Shown: one piece after another, positions 18,168 to 27,154 of the stretch
Layout: the number at the start of each line of letters is the position of its first letter
Numbering within the stretch: the stretch's first letter is position 1
From: Candidatus Latescibacterota bacterium
GTDB taxonomy: Bacteria; Latescibacterota; UBA2968; UBA8231
Assembly (NCBI GenBank): GCA_965219385.1
Contig: CBDCNM010000002.1
Location: forward strand, 2,860,305 to 2,924,304
Direction of reading: 5' to 3'
DNA length: 64,000 nt
The notes under the pieces: generated by a model
Database searches by the model: none
The model's input: only the letters and a program-made list of their open reading frames with translations
What the model was told of the DNA's origin: nothing
Program-made: the position numbers and the translations under genes

Positions 18168-19614
18168 CTCGACTTTATCCATTTATGTAGCGTACGAGAC
18201 GGTGTGTATCAAGCGGTTGAGTAGGCTTCGAGGGATTTTTATCAGGTCGTGTTGGTTGGGCAGGTTGGAAAAAGCCTGCCAGAGCCGTTGTCGGACCCAG
18301 GCCACGGCATCGGAAAAGGTGGGTTTTCGTTTGCCATACCAGGCCGTGGCATGGCAGGGGGAGGCGCTTTTGGGGGCCAGCCGATTGGCGATGAGGGCGA
18401 CCAGACTAAACAAGGCCAAGATGACCGGCGTGGTCCGGGCAATGGCCCGCTCATTCCATTGGCGTTGGGTTTCCATGCCCAGATGGGCGCGGGCTTCCTC
18501 AAAGGTAGTTTCTACCGACCAGCGTTGGAGAAAATAGGTCAGCATTTGCCGAGGGGACAGACGCACATCGGTCGAGAGCAAGGCTTGGGGCGCGAAGCGG
18601 CCGGCCGGGTCTCGGATCAGCAGCCAGCGGAGGGGCACGGCGGGCAAGCCAGTGTGATACCACAGCGCCGTTTGGCTGTAGGTTTCCACTGTATAGGGGC
18701 CGGCGGCATACCACCGGTCCAGGGTGAGGGGGTGCCAAGGGGTAGTCGGATCGTTCAGGTGCTGCTGGAGGGTGGGCTGCCGGGCGCCTTTGCCGCGGGG
18801 GCGTCCCCGCGTGTGCGGCGTGCGGGTTGGTGGTGGGTCATACAGGGCCGCATCCAACCGCAAGCGGGTAATCAGCCCCACGTGGGGCCGAACCGCGTCG
18901 AGAAAGGCCAAGGCGGAGAAGGTGCTATCGGCGACCACGACCAGCCGGCGGGTGGGCAGCCAGCGCGCTACCAGCTTGAGCATAGTCTGCCCCCGTTGCA
19001 ACAGGGTGAGGGGGGTGCGCTGGCGCTGAGTATAGTAGCGGGCCGACGGACACAGCACACTCATAAAGGGTAAGGCCCAACTTCGATCCGCCCAAGGGAT
19101 AGGCGCTACCAGCATCAACGACAGCCAGCGCAAGCCGCTAGCCTTGACCAGGTGGGGCCCACTCGAGCGGACGGGATCCCGGTAGATGCCTCGGGCCCCA
19201 ATCTGGGCGCCCCGGCGCCGCTCGATGGTCTCATCCAGGCCCAGGACCAGGGGCCCGTGGGGGGCAAAGGCGGCCACCAACGCCTGGAGGAGTAGCTTAC
19301 TGCCGGCCAGGGGCGACCACACACAGCGGTTGAGGATCCGGTGGTAGGTTTGAAAGGTAGGCTGTTGGCTCAAGCCCAACACCTCCAACACGGCGCTGAC
19401 CGTGCGTTTACCCGGGGCTAACAGCGCCCCGACCAACAGCGTCTGAGCCTGCGGCCAAACGCGGCTCGAAAAAAGGGGGGCAAAGGGCGACAAAATCGTT
19501 ATTATATCCTTCGGCAGGGGGCTCATCGGTTTCTCCTGGGCTGTCGATGCTTGGATACCATCAACAGTACGGAGGATACCGGCCTCCTGCCATGCGCGTT
19601 TGGATAAAATCGAG
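18168..19614 (-). mobile_element. IS701-family-like insertion sequence, copy 2 (1447 bp), inserted at CTTAG at the tip of the IS4-like right TIR.
   Basis: Identical to 3058-4504 except for one substitution (c at 3667 versus t at 18777). CTTAG at 18163-18167 and 19615-19619. Confidence 0.85.
18183..19526 (-). CDS. DDE transposase, IS701/IS4-superfamily-like (447 aa); a D-to-N variant of copy 1.
   Basis: Protein identical to the 3073-4416 product apart from HLDDPTT becoming HLNDPTT. Confidence 0.85.
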   Translation of the reverse strand: MSPLPKDIITILSPFAPLFSSRVWPQAQTLLVGALLAPGKRTVSAVLEVLGLSQQPTFQTYHRILNRCVWSPLAGSKLLLQALVAAFAPHGPLVLGLDETIERRRGAQIGARGIYRDPVRSSGPHLVKASGLRWLSLMLVAPIPWADRSWALPFMSVLCPSARYYTQRQRTPLTLLQRGQTMLKLVARWLPTRRLVVVADSTFSALAFLDAVRPHVGLITRLRLDAALYDPPPTRTPHTRGRPRGKGARQPTLQQHLNDPTTPWHPLTLDRWYAAGPYTVETYSQTALWYHTGLPAVPLRWLLIRDPAGRFAPQALLSTDVRLSPRQMLTYFLQRWSVETTFEEARAHLGMETQRQWNERAIARTTPVILALFSLVALIANRLAPKSASPCHATAWYGKRKPTFSDAVAWVRQRLWQAFSNLPNQHDLIKIPRSLLNRLIHTVSYAT

Positions 19615-19619
19615 CTTAG

Positions 19620-21143
19620 CAGGCCGTTGAAAAAGGCTGAAAAGTTCTGCTATATCAAAAATAGGCGACTTGGCATACAAGTCTATTCTTTCTATTCTAG
19701 ATTAGTAATAGCTGAAGGAGGTTGTTGTATGTCGATGAGCAAGCGTCGAGAAAGTCAGCAGCAGGAGATGTGGGTACAGACCCATGACCTGCCCGAGGCG
19801 CCGGGGCATCCGTTTTATGCCCAACTCAATAAGCTGCTGGCATCGCATGGATTTGATGCCTTCGTGGAAGCGCGCTGCGCCCCCTATTATGCGGAGACCT
19901 TGGGACGACCCAGTATTGCCCCCGGGGTCTATTTCCGCATGCTCATGATCGGCTATTTCGAGGGCTTGGGCTCGGAGCGCGGCATGGACGGGCGGGTCGC
20001 CGATTCGCTGGCCTTGCGCCACTTTCTGGGCTACGCCTTGACCGAGACCACACCGGACCATTCGAGCCGGTCGCGCATTCGTCAGCGCCTGCCGCTGGAG
20101 GTGCATCAGGAGGTCTTCAACTGGGTGCTGAAGGTGCTGGCCCAGGAAGGCCTGCTCAAGGGGAAGACAGTGGCGGTGGACGCCACCACGCTGGAGGCCA
20201 ACGCCGCCCTGCGCCGCATCGTGCGGCGCGACAGTGGGGAAAGCTACCACACCTATCTGGAGGGGCTGGCCCAGGCCGAAGGCATCGAGACGCCGACGCG
20301 GCAGGATCTGGCCCAGCTCGACCAGAAGCGTGCGCACAAAGGCTCCAACCAGGACTGGCAACACCCCCATGACCCGGAGGCGCGCATTACCAAGATGAAA
20401 GACGGGCGTACCCACTTGGCGCACAAGGCGGAGCATACGATCGATCTGGACACCCAGGCCCTGGTAGCGATTCAGGTGTGCGGCGCTGACGAGGGCGATA
20501 CGGCGTCTCTGCCCTGGAGTCTGCTGCAGGCCTCCATGAATCTGGAGGCGAGCCTGGTCGCCGAGGCGGCTCACAAAGGACGGCCGCCGCCGCCCGTGCT
20601 CACCGAAGTGGTAACGGACAAGGGCTATCACAGCAATTACACCGCCAAGACGTTGAAGCGCGCTCAGATCCGCAGCTACCTTTCCGAACCCGGTCGCGGG
20701 CGCCGCCAGTGGAAGAATGATCCCCAGGCCAAGGCGGCCGTGTATGCCAATCGGCGTCGCATACGAGGGGTCCGTGGCCACGCCCTGCAACGGCTTCGCG
20801 CTGAGTACGCGGAACGCAGTTTCGCCCACGCTTATGAAACGGGGGGCCTGCGACGCACGTACCTGCGCAGTCAGGACAAGATCTATAAACGCCGGTGTAT
20901 TCATGGCGGCGCTTTTAATCTGGGGTTGGTGATGCGCAAAATCACCGGGAAGGGGACTCCGAGGGGTCTCCATGGCCTGATATCGGGCTTTTTCGTCGTT
21001 ACTAACCGGCTCAAACGGGCTTGGGATCGCATTAGCAAAGGTCTGGGTGCTTTCGAGACCTTTGCTTGCAAATGGAGGTTCAAGATCGGTGCCGTCCTAT
21101 CCCACAGTGCATTGTGCAAAAACCCTGGTTTTTCAACGGCCTG
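19620..21143 (+). mobile_element. IS1182-family-like element, 1524 bp. 15-bp perfect TIRs CAGGCCGTTGAAAAA / TTTTTCAACGGCCTG; 4-bp TSD TTAG.
   Basis: TIRs at 19620-19634 and 21129-21143. TTAG at 19616-19619 and 21144-21147. Confidence 0.75.
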
Positions 21144-21147
21144 TTAG
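19729..21147 (+). CDS. IS1182-family (IS5-superfamily) transposase with DUF772-like N-terminal domain (472 aa). Its stop codon lies in the TSD.
   Basis: GRPSIAPGVYFRMLMIGYFEGLGSERGM... is the hallmark N-terminal domain. GAAGGAGG RBS before ATG 19729. The ORF reads through the right TIR and stops at TAG 21145-21147. Confidence 0.8.
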   Translation: MSMSKRRESQQQEMWVQTHDLPEAPGHPFYAQLNKLLASHGFDAFVEARCAPYYAETLGRPSIAPGVYFRMLMIGYFEGLGSERGMDGRVADSLALRHFLGYALTETTPDHSSRSRIRQRLPLEVHQEVFNWVLKVLAQEGLLKGKTVAVDATTLEANAALRRIVRRDSGESYHTYLEGLAQAEGIETPTRQDLAQLDQKRAHKGSNQDWQHPHDPEARITKMKDGRTHLAHKAEHTIDLDTQALVAIQVCGADEGDTASLPWSLLQASMNLEASLVAEAAHKGRPPPPVLTEVVTDKGYHSNYTAKTLKRAQIRSYLSEPGRGRRQWKNDPQAKAAVYANRRRIRGVRGHALQRLRAEYAERSFAHAYETGGLRRTYLRSQDKIYKRRCIHGGAFNLGLVMRKITGKGTPRGLHGLISGFFVVTNRLKRAWDRISKGLGAFETFACKWRFKIGAVLSHSALCKNPGFSTAC

Positions 21148-21167
21148 GGGCTGGAGTCTTGTTCCGC

Positions 21168-21713
21168 TTACTGGAGCATCTCGATTACGCCGCAGGCGAC
21201 TCGCGCGCCGGCGTTGCCCGCCTTGTTCTGCGGATCGTCTCCCGGGTTGTTGTCGTCCGGACCGGCATGGATGACAAGGGCCGAACCATCCTCGTCGAAC
21301 AGCCCGTTCACGCCTTCACCCAGGGTGACCAGTGAGGCCAGCATTACCGTTGTCCCGACGCCATCCGGTCCCACCTGCAGATTGGGCAAATCGCCGGCGT
21401 GGCGACCGTTGGGATTTTTCAGGCCGTGGGCTTTGCCATAGGGGTTGAAGTGGCCGCCGGATGATTTGAAACTCGGTGCTTCGGCCTTGCCCACGGAGTG
21501 GATGTGGAAGGCGTGAGGTCCCGGGGTGAGGCTGTGGACATGGGCCACGATCGTCACTCCTTCCGGCCCTTCCGTGAGGGTGGCAATGCCTATCTTTTTA
21601 CCCTCGGGGTTGAGCAGATGAGTTATGGCCATTTTGCCGCCTTCGGCGCGGGCGGTTGCACTCAACGCAACCCACAGGCCCAGGGCGCAAGCCATGGATT
21701 TCAGATATTTCAT
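21168..21713 (-). CDS. sodC: Periplasmic Cu/Zn superoxide dismutase with signal peptide.
   Basis: Signal peptide MKYLKSMACALGLWVALSATARA, then HAFHIHSVGKAE, GGHFNP, HAGDLPN, IHAGPDD copper/zinc ligand motifs. Confidence 0.85.
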   Translation of the reverse strand: MKYLKSMACALGLWVALSATARAEGGKMAITHLLNPEGKKIGIATLTEGPEGVTIVAHVHSLTPGPHAFHIHSVGKAEAPSFKSSGGHFNPYGKAHGLKNPNGRHAGDLPNLQVGPDGVGTTVMLASLVTLGEGVNGLFDEDGSALVIHAGPDDNNPGDDPQNKAGNAGARVACGVIEMLQ

Positions 21714-21977
21714 GAAAACATCCTCCCAGGTAAAACGTCCGATTCGAAATCAGGCCTCTTCCTTGCGATCGAGAGACTTACCCTCCTGTAGTAAAACTTC
21801 CACTAGATACTAAAGATACCTTACTCCAGCATAAATACCAACAAAAATATCCTGGTAGAACGGGAATACGGAAACCTTTGTTTTTTTGTCGAAATACATA
21901 TATTCACTCCGGGATTCGCGCCGTTCGGACTGGGGAGGCGCACGCGAATCGACTCCATGGTGCTGTTGAGGTGAGCT

Positions 21978-22781
21978 ATGAGGACTAGTCTTAAAAACCG
22001 ACCCCCCGCTCGGGGCACACCGGGAACTTTAAAAAGAATTCTAAAAAGGATTCTTGGGCGCAAATCGGTCATTCTGTTGGGGGGGCTCGGCGTGCTGGCA
22101 GGATGTCGGCAGGAGCCCCGGCAAATGGAGCCGAACCGGGATCCTTTTACCGCCCGGAGGACGCGCATGGTGGAGGAACAGCTGGCGGCGAGGGATATCA
22201 TTGATCCGGTGGTTTTGCGCGTCATGCGGCGAGTGCCCCGGCACCTGTTCGTGTCCGAGCGGGAGCGGAAATACGCCTATGAGGATCACCCCCTGCCCAT
22301 CGGCGAGGAGCAGACGATTTCACAGCCTTATATCGTTGCTTTTATGACCCAAGCCCTGCTTTTGCAGCAGACCGACAAGGTCCTCGAAATCGGCACGGGA
22401 TCGGGCTACCAGGCAGCGGTGCTGGCCGAGATCGCAAAAGAGGTCTACACCATCGAGATCATCCCGGCGCTGGCCCAACGTGCAGCCGCACTGCTGGCCG
22501 AGTTGCACTACGACAATGTGACGGTGCGCACGGGCGACGGCTATCTGGGCTGGCCCGAACAGGCCCCTTTTGACGCCATCGTGGTAACCGCCGCCCCCGA
22601 CCACATTCCCCCGGCCCTGGTCGAACAGCTGAAGGAGGGAGGTCGGCTGGTCCTGCCGGTGGGGGACCACTATGATTACCAGGAGTTGACGAGGGTCGTC
22701 CGGCGCGGCCGGGAAAGGGTGGTGGAAACCCTGCTGCCGATGGTGCGTTTTGTGCCGATGACCGGCAAGGCGCAAGAATAA
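21978..22781 (+). CDS. pcm: Protein-L-isoaspartate O-methyltransferase with N-terminal lipoprotein signal (lipobox LAGC).
   Basis: ISQPYIVAFMTQAL...LEIGTGSGYQAAVLAE SAM-methyltransferase motifs. N-terminus MRTSLKNRPP...VILLGGLGVLAGCRQ. Confidence 0.8.
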   Translation: MRTSLKNRPPARGTPGTLKRILKRILGRKSVILLGGLGVLAGCRQEPRQMEPNRDPFTARRTRMVEEQLAARDIIDPVVLRVMRRVPRHLFVSERERKYAYEDHPLPIGEEQTISQPYIVAFMTQALLLQQTDKVLEIGTGSGYQAAVLAEIAKEVYTIEIIPALAQRAAALLAELHYDNVTVRTGDGYLGWPEQAPFDAIVVTAAPDHIPPALVEQLKEGGRLVLPVGDHYDYQELTRVVRRGRERVVETLLPMVRFVPMTGKAQE

Positions 22782-22785
22782 ACGA

Positions 22786-23712
22786 TTAGAAACTACCGCT
22801 CAGCGAGATCCGGTGGACGTGGTCCAGGTCCGGGTGGGAACTGAAGGCGTAGTCGAGGCGGTAGGTCTGCATGGCGAGACCGGCCCCGGCCGTAAGGCCG
22901 AGGGGATCTTCGTTCTGCCCGATTGGCTGGGTATTGTACCCGGGGCGCAGATAGAGACCATTGCCAACGCGGATCTCGAGCCCGAAGGCCAGGTAGGGAT
23001 CGCCGTCGTTGGGCAGGTTGAGATCCGCCAGAATCATCATGGGCAGGGGAGCGTGAGCCGGGCGGTGGGAGAGCCCGAGGCGGAGATTGACCGGCAGGGA
23101 GTCGGTGAAATTGTCGGTATAACCGCTGCGGACCGAACCCATATTGGCAATCGAAGCGCCCAGCTTCATGCCTTTGAGTGGGCCGGAAACCAGCAAACCA
23201 GCATCGATCACGTAGGCATCCGAAGAAAATTCGTCGATATTGGAATAGACGGCCTTCAGATTGATTCCGACTGCCAGCCGGTCGTGCCAGAGGCGCTGGG
23301 CCATGGTGAGGTAGGCGGCTATATCAGAGGCGCTGAAACTGCCCAGATTCTGGCCTTCTTCGTCGGTGCGGCGCATATCCCCGGAGTTGAAATAGTTCAG
23401 GCTCAGGCCCCAGACGCGATGCTCCCCGGGAAAGGCCACGCTGAGAAAGCCGATTTGAGTGTCGAACAGGTAGCGGGTCAGCGACACCGTGGCGGCGCGG
23501 TTTTTCAACCCCAGAAGACCGGCCGGGTTCCAGGGGGTGGACTCGAGGTCGCCGGCGACCCCGGCGTAGGCGCCACCCAGGGCGGTGGGGCGGGCGCCGA
23601 CTCCGACCTTGAGAAAATTGAAACCCGTGGTGCCGGCATTATCGTTGATGCCAAAGGCAGGGCGCAGGGCGGCCGCCAGAAAAACCGCCAGGAGTACAGA
23701 TGATCTGAGCAT
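22786..23712 (-). CDS. PorV/PorQ-family outer-membrane beta-barrel protein (type IX secretion associated).
   Basis: Signal peptide MLRSSVLLAVFLAAALRPAFG, then GFNFLKVGVGARPTALGGAYAGVAGD, the characteristic PorV/PorQ N-terminal motif. The track ORF is over-extended into gatA. Confidence 0.6.
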   Translation of the reverse strand: MLRSSVLLAVFLAAALRPAFGINDNAGTTGFNFLKVGVGARPTALGGAYAGVAGDLESTPWNPAGLLGLKNRAATVSLTRYLFDTQIGFLSVAFPGEHRVWGLSLNYFNSGDMRRTDEEGQNLGSFSASDIAAYLTMAQRLWHDRLAVGINLKAVYSNIDEFSSDAYVIDAGLLVSGPLKGMKLGASIANMGSVRSGYTDNFTDSLPVNLRLGLSHRPAHAPLPMMILADLNLPNDGDPYLAFGLEIRVGNGLYLRPGYNTQPIGQNEDPLGLTAGAGLAMQTYRLDYAFSSHPDLDHVHRISLSGSF

Positions 23713-23725
23713 ACCTAATCTCCCC

Positions 23726-25171
23726 CTAACAAATCTTTTGTTCCAGGGTGTAGGCCGCGCGCAGGAGGGTTTCTTCCTGGAAGGGCGGCCCCAGTAGCTG
23801 AAGGCCGATCGGCAATCCGTTGCTGGCCGTGGCAAAGGGGATCGAGATCCCCGGGATGCCGGCCAGGTTGACCGAAGCCGTATAGATATCGTTGAGGTAC
23901 ATCTGCAAAGGATCTTCGAGGTTTTCACCCAGACGGAAAGCCGTGGTCGGCGCCACCGGCGCCAGCAGCACATCGCACTCCTCGAAGGCCCGTTCGAAGT
24001 CCTGTCGAATCAGGGTGCGCACCTTCTGGGCCTTGAGGTAGTAGGCGTCGTAGTACCCGGCGCTGAGGGCATACGTGCCCAGCATGATCCGCCTTTTCAC
24101 TTCGGTGCCAAAGCCCTGGCTGCGGGTTTTGCGATAGAGTTCCCGCAGGTCTTGCGCCCCGTCGGCGCGGTAGCCATACCTGATTCCATCGTAGCGCGCC
24201 AGATTGGCCGAAGCCTCGCCCATGGCAATCAGGTAATACGCGCCTATGCAGTACTCCGGATGCCCGGCCACGGGCAGCGAGATCTCGATCCGCTCGGCGC
24301 CGGCCTCCTGCAAAACCTCGGCCGCCGCCAGGCTGGCCTGGTGGATCTCCCGGTCCAGTCCCGAGCCGAAATGTTCTTGGGCCATACCTACCTTCAGGCC
24401 TTTCACTCCACCAGAGAAGCTGGAGGTATAGTCGGGGACCGGGGTGTCCACGGAGGTGGAGTCCTGGGGGTCATAGCCTGCTATGACCTGGAGGAGCAGG
24501 GCCATATCCTCCACGTCCTTGGTGACGGGACCGATCTGGTCGAGGGAAGAAGCATAGGCCACCAGGCCATAGCGCGAGACCCGCCCATAGGTGGGTTTGA
24601 GTCCGAAGACCCCGCAGTAGCCCGCTGGCTGACGCACCGATCCTCCGGTGTCGGATCCCAGCGCAAAAATGGTCTCGTGGGCGGCCACGGCCGCGGCGGA
24701 CCCTCCACTGGATCCGCCGGGGACGCGGTCGGGGTCGTGCGGATTGCGCGTAGGGCCGAAGTAGGAACTCTCGGTGGACGACCCCATGGCGAATTCGTCC
24801 ATATTGGTCTTGCCGATCAGCACGGCATCGGCCCGGCGTACCTTTTCTACTACCGTGGCGTCGTAGGGTGCAACAAAATTTTCCAGGATGCGGGAACCGC
24901 AGGTAGTGCGCCCCCCCCTGACACAGATGACGTCTTTGAGGGCCAGGGGGATACCGGCCAAAGGCCCGAGCGGGGCACCGCTGGCCCGCCGCCTGTCCAC
25001 CTCCTCCGCCTGTTTCAGGGCCTGTTCGGCATCAACGCTGATGAAGGCATTGATGGTCGGCTCCCGGGTCTGGATTTCCTGCAGGACCGCCTGGGTGATT
25101 TCCGCGGAGGTGAGTTCCCCCCGACCCATTCTGGCGCTCAATTCATGCGCGGTTGATTGGTTCAGCGCCAT
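23726..25171 (-). CDS. gatA: Glutamyl-tRNA(Gln)/aspartyl-tRNA(Asn) amidotransferase subunit A.
   Basis: Amidase-signature family; [12 protein letters not shown]...[27 protein letters not shown]...[12 protein letters not shown]. Confidence 0.85.
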   Translation of the reverse strand: MALNQSTAHELSARMGRGELTSAEITQAVLQEIQTREPTINAFISVDAEQALKQAEEVDRRRASGAPLGPLAGIPLALKDVICVRGGRTTCGSRILENFVAPYDATVVEKVRRADAVLIGKTNMDEFAMGSSTESSYFGPTRNPHDPDRVPGGSSGGSAAAVAAHETIFALGSDTGGSVRQPAGYCGVFGLKPTYGRVSRYGLVAYASSLDQIGPVTKDVEDMALLLQVIAGYDPQDSTSVDTPVPDYTSSFSGGVKGLKVGMAQEHFGSGLDREIHQASLAAAEVLQEAGAERIEISLPVAGHPEYCIGAYYLIAMGEASANLARYDGIRYGYRADGAQDLRELYRKTRSQGFGTEVKRRIMLGTYALSAGYYDAYYLKAQKVRTLIRQDFERAFEECDVLLAPVAPTTAFRLGENLEDPLQMYLNDIYTASVNLAGIPGISIPFATASNGLPIGLQLLGPPFQEETLLRAAYTLEQKIC

Positions 25172-25174
25172 CGC

Positions 25175-25468
25175 CTAATTCCGTGGAGCCTCCTTCTTTT
25201 CCGGCGCTTGCTCGCCGGCCGGTTCAGCGTCGGTGGCGGGTTTGTGGCTCACGCTCTGTTCGGGTGTCGAGGTCTCTATCTTGTTGCCCGAACGGGCGGG
25301 CGGCGAGGCGTTGATATCGATCTCTTCCTGCACATCGTGCATGGCTTTTCTGAACTCTTTGATGCCCTTGCCCAGACCCTGGGCCATGTCTGGAATGCGC
25401 TTGGCGCCAAAGATGAGCAGGATGAGAAGAAAAATGATGAGCAGTTCCCAGTGTCCCATGCCGAACAT
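25175..25468 (-). CDS. tatA: Sec-independent translocase component TatA/E.
   Basis: MFGMGHWELLIIFLLILLIFGAKRIPDMAQGLGKGIKEFRKA is the canonical TatA TM-plus-amphipathic-helix N-terminus. Confidence 0.8.
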   Translation of the reverse strand: MFGMGHWELLIIFLLILLIFGAKRIPDMAQGLGKGIKEFRKAMHDVQEEIDINASPPARSGNKIETSTPEQSVSHKPATDAEPAGEQAPEKKEAPRN

Positions 25469-25516
25469 GGTCTCACCTCCGTAGTGTGTCCCTGCCGCTG
25501 TGCTCGTCACCGTGGA

Positions 25517-25798
25517 TCAGTAGGAGTACTTGAAGTAGTACCAGCCGACGAGGATGCCCAGCAGGGTGATAACATTAAAGTGCAACAAAAGTTCGAATTC
25601 AAACAAGAGAATCCACAGGTTGATCTTATGAGGCCCGATGCCGTAGCTCGTGTAGCGCAGGAGAGCCTGTTCGACGATGGTATCAAGACCAAAGACAAAA
25701 TGCAGGAAACTGCGCAGGGCCTCGCCGATGATATTGGCGCCCATCATGCTGGTAAAGAGTATGACGATCAGGTGGCTTACAGGTTTATCTCTCAACAT
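25517..25798 (-). CDS. Small hypothetical membrane protein (93 aa).
   Basis: Two or three hydrophobic segments. Sits between pssA and tatA on the same strand. No recognised family. Confidence 0.3.
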   Translation of the reverse strand: MLRDKPVSHLIVILFTSMMGANIIGEALRSFLHFVFGLDTIVEQALLRYTSYGIGPHKINLWILLFEFELLLHFNVITLLGILVGWYYFKYSY

Positions 25799-25806
25799 CG
25801 GACGAC

Positions 25807-26520
25807 TCAGGCGTGCTGCGTGACTTCGTCGCTGAAGAGGCCGACGATCCAGCGGTATACACCCGACAGGATATAGATCATTAACAGAAGGAAAAAGATG
25901 TCATGGGTGCTTGGATGGAGCATCAGGATCACGGAAACCAGGAAGTAGACCTGCTTGAAGCGGTCCCGAAGTCCGGTGGCCCGAAAGTTGGGTATGGAAT
26001 CGTATTCGAAGCGGCTGACCATGAGCAGGGACAACAGCAGGACGAGAGATACGGCCAGGGCCCCGGTGTGGGTGGCGGCCCAGGCGTTTTCGGCGGAAGC
26101 CACGTACTGCGTCAGGCAGATGGCCGCCATGGGGATAGGCAGCCCGAGGTAATAATCTCCTTTTTCATCTTCGAGACTCATGGAGTTGAAGCGCGCCAGG
26201 CGCAGGGCGCCGCACAGCAGGTACAAAAAGGCGAGCCCCAGGCCCCAGGCCGAGTGCGGATAGCTGAGATTGAGATAGATCATCAGCGCCGGGGTTACCC
26301 CGAAGCTGCAGATATCGACAAGGGAATCGAATTCGATGCCGAAGCGCGAGTCCTTGCCCATGAAACGGGCGATCAGGCCGTCCATTTTGTCGAGCACGGC
26401 TCCCAGAAGGATCAGCCAGGCAGCAGGCCCGAAATTGTCCTGGAGGATATAGTGGATAGCCAGAAAGCCACAGAAGAGATTGCCGATGGTAAACAGGTTA
26501 GGAAGGATTGCCCGGTACAT
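25807..26520 (-). CDS. pssA: CDP-diacylglycerol--serine O-phosphatidyltransferase (CDP-alcohol phosphatidyltransferase family).
   Basis: PNLFTIGNLFCGF...DKMDGLIARF...GIEFDSLVD matches the CDP-OH_P_transf motif D-G-x2-A-R-x8-G-x3-D-x3-D. Confidence 0.8.
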   Translation of the reverse strand: MYRAILPNLFTIGNLFCGFLAIHYILQDNFGPAAWLILLGAVLDKMDGLIARFMGKDSRFGIEFDSLVDICSFGVTPALMIYLNLSYPHSAWGLGLAFLYLLCGALRLARFNSMSLEDEKGDYYLGLPIPMAAICLTQYVASAENAWAATHTGALAVSLVLLLSLLMVSRFEYDSIPNFRATGLRDRFKQVYFLVSVILMLHPSTHDIFFLLLMIYILSGVYRWIVGLFSDEVTQHA

Positions 26521-27154
26521 CGTCGATTACTCCGATTATGGTTTCTCCCGCCCGCACGCGGTCCCCTACCTTGACGCGGAGTTGAGCGCGGGCCGGGAGG
26601 ATGAGATCAACCCGGGATCCAAAGCGGATCAGGCCGAATTTTTCACCTTTGTTTATGGCATCACCGGCGTTCAGATAGCAGACGATGCGGCGGGCGAGAA
26701 TGCCGACGATCTGCTTGACGACGATTCTGGTCTCGCCGTTGCGAATACCTATGATGCTCTGTTCGTTCTCCGTGGACGCGGCGGCCACAAAAGCTGCGTA
26801 AAAGCGACCGCGGTGCCACTTTACAAAGTCCACCACCCCGGAAAAGGGGATGCGGTTTACGTGGACATCGAAGGGCGAAAGGAAGGTACTGACCTGCACG
26901 GCCGCACCCTTTAGGTGTTCCTCGCGCTCGATGTCTTCGATGTGGACTACTTTGCCGTCCGCGGCGGAGAGGACCAGGTTGTCGCCCGCCGGCGGGGTGC
27001 GGTTCGGGTCGCGAAAGAAAAAGACCATGAACAGGCTCAGCACCCCGAAGAGTCCGACGCCCAAGGCCAGAGACGGATAAAACTGTGAAGCCAGCCAGGA
27101 CAGCAGGGCCAGAGCCAATCCGACGCCCACAAAGGGAAGGCCCTCGCGCGCCAT
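26498..27154 (-). CDS. psd: Phosphatidylserine decarboxylase (archaeal/short type).
   Basis: FGSRVDL (GST-type self-cleavage motif region). Operon partner of pssA. Start ATG overlaps the degP stop as ATGA at 27152-27156. Confidence 0.7.
   Translation of the reverse strand: MAREGLPFVGVGLALALLSWLASQFYPSLALGVGLFGVLSLFMVFFFRDPNRTPPAGDNLVLSAADGKVVHIEDIEREEHLKGAAVQVSTFLSPFDVHVNRIPFSGVVDFVKWHRGRFYAAFVAAASTENEQSIIGIRNGETRIVVKQIVGILARRIVCYLNAGDAINKGEKFGLIRFGSRVDLILPARAQLRVKVGDRVRAGETIIGVIDDVPGNPS

Noticed and set aside
3058-19614. A composite transposon formed by the two IS701-like copies.
   Set aside because: Each copy has its own matching 5-bp duplication (CTGAG versus CTTAG). The intervening DNA contains core genes (tatC, lnt). 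Independent insertions fit better.
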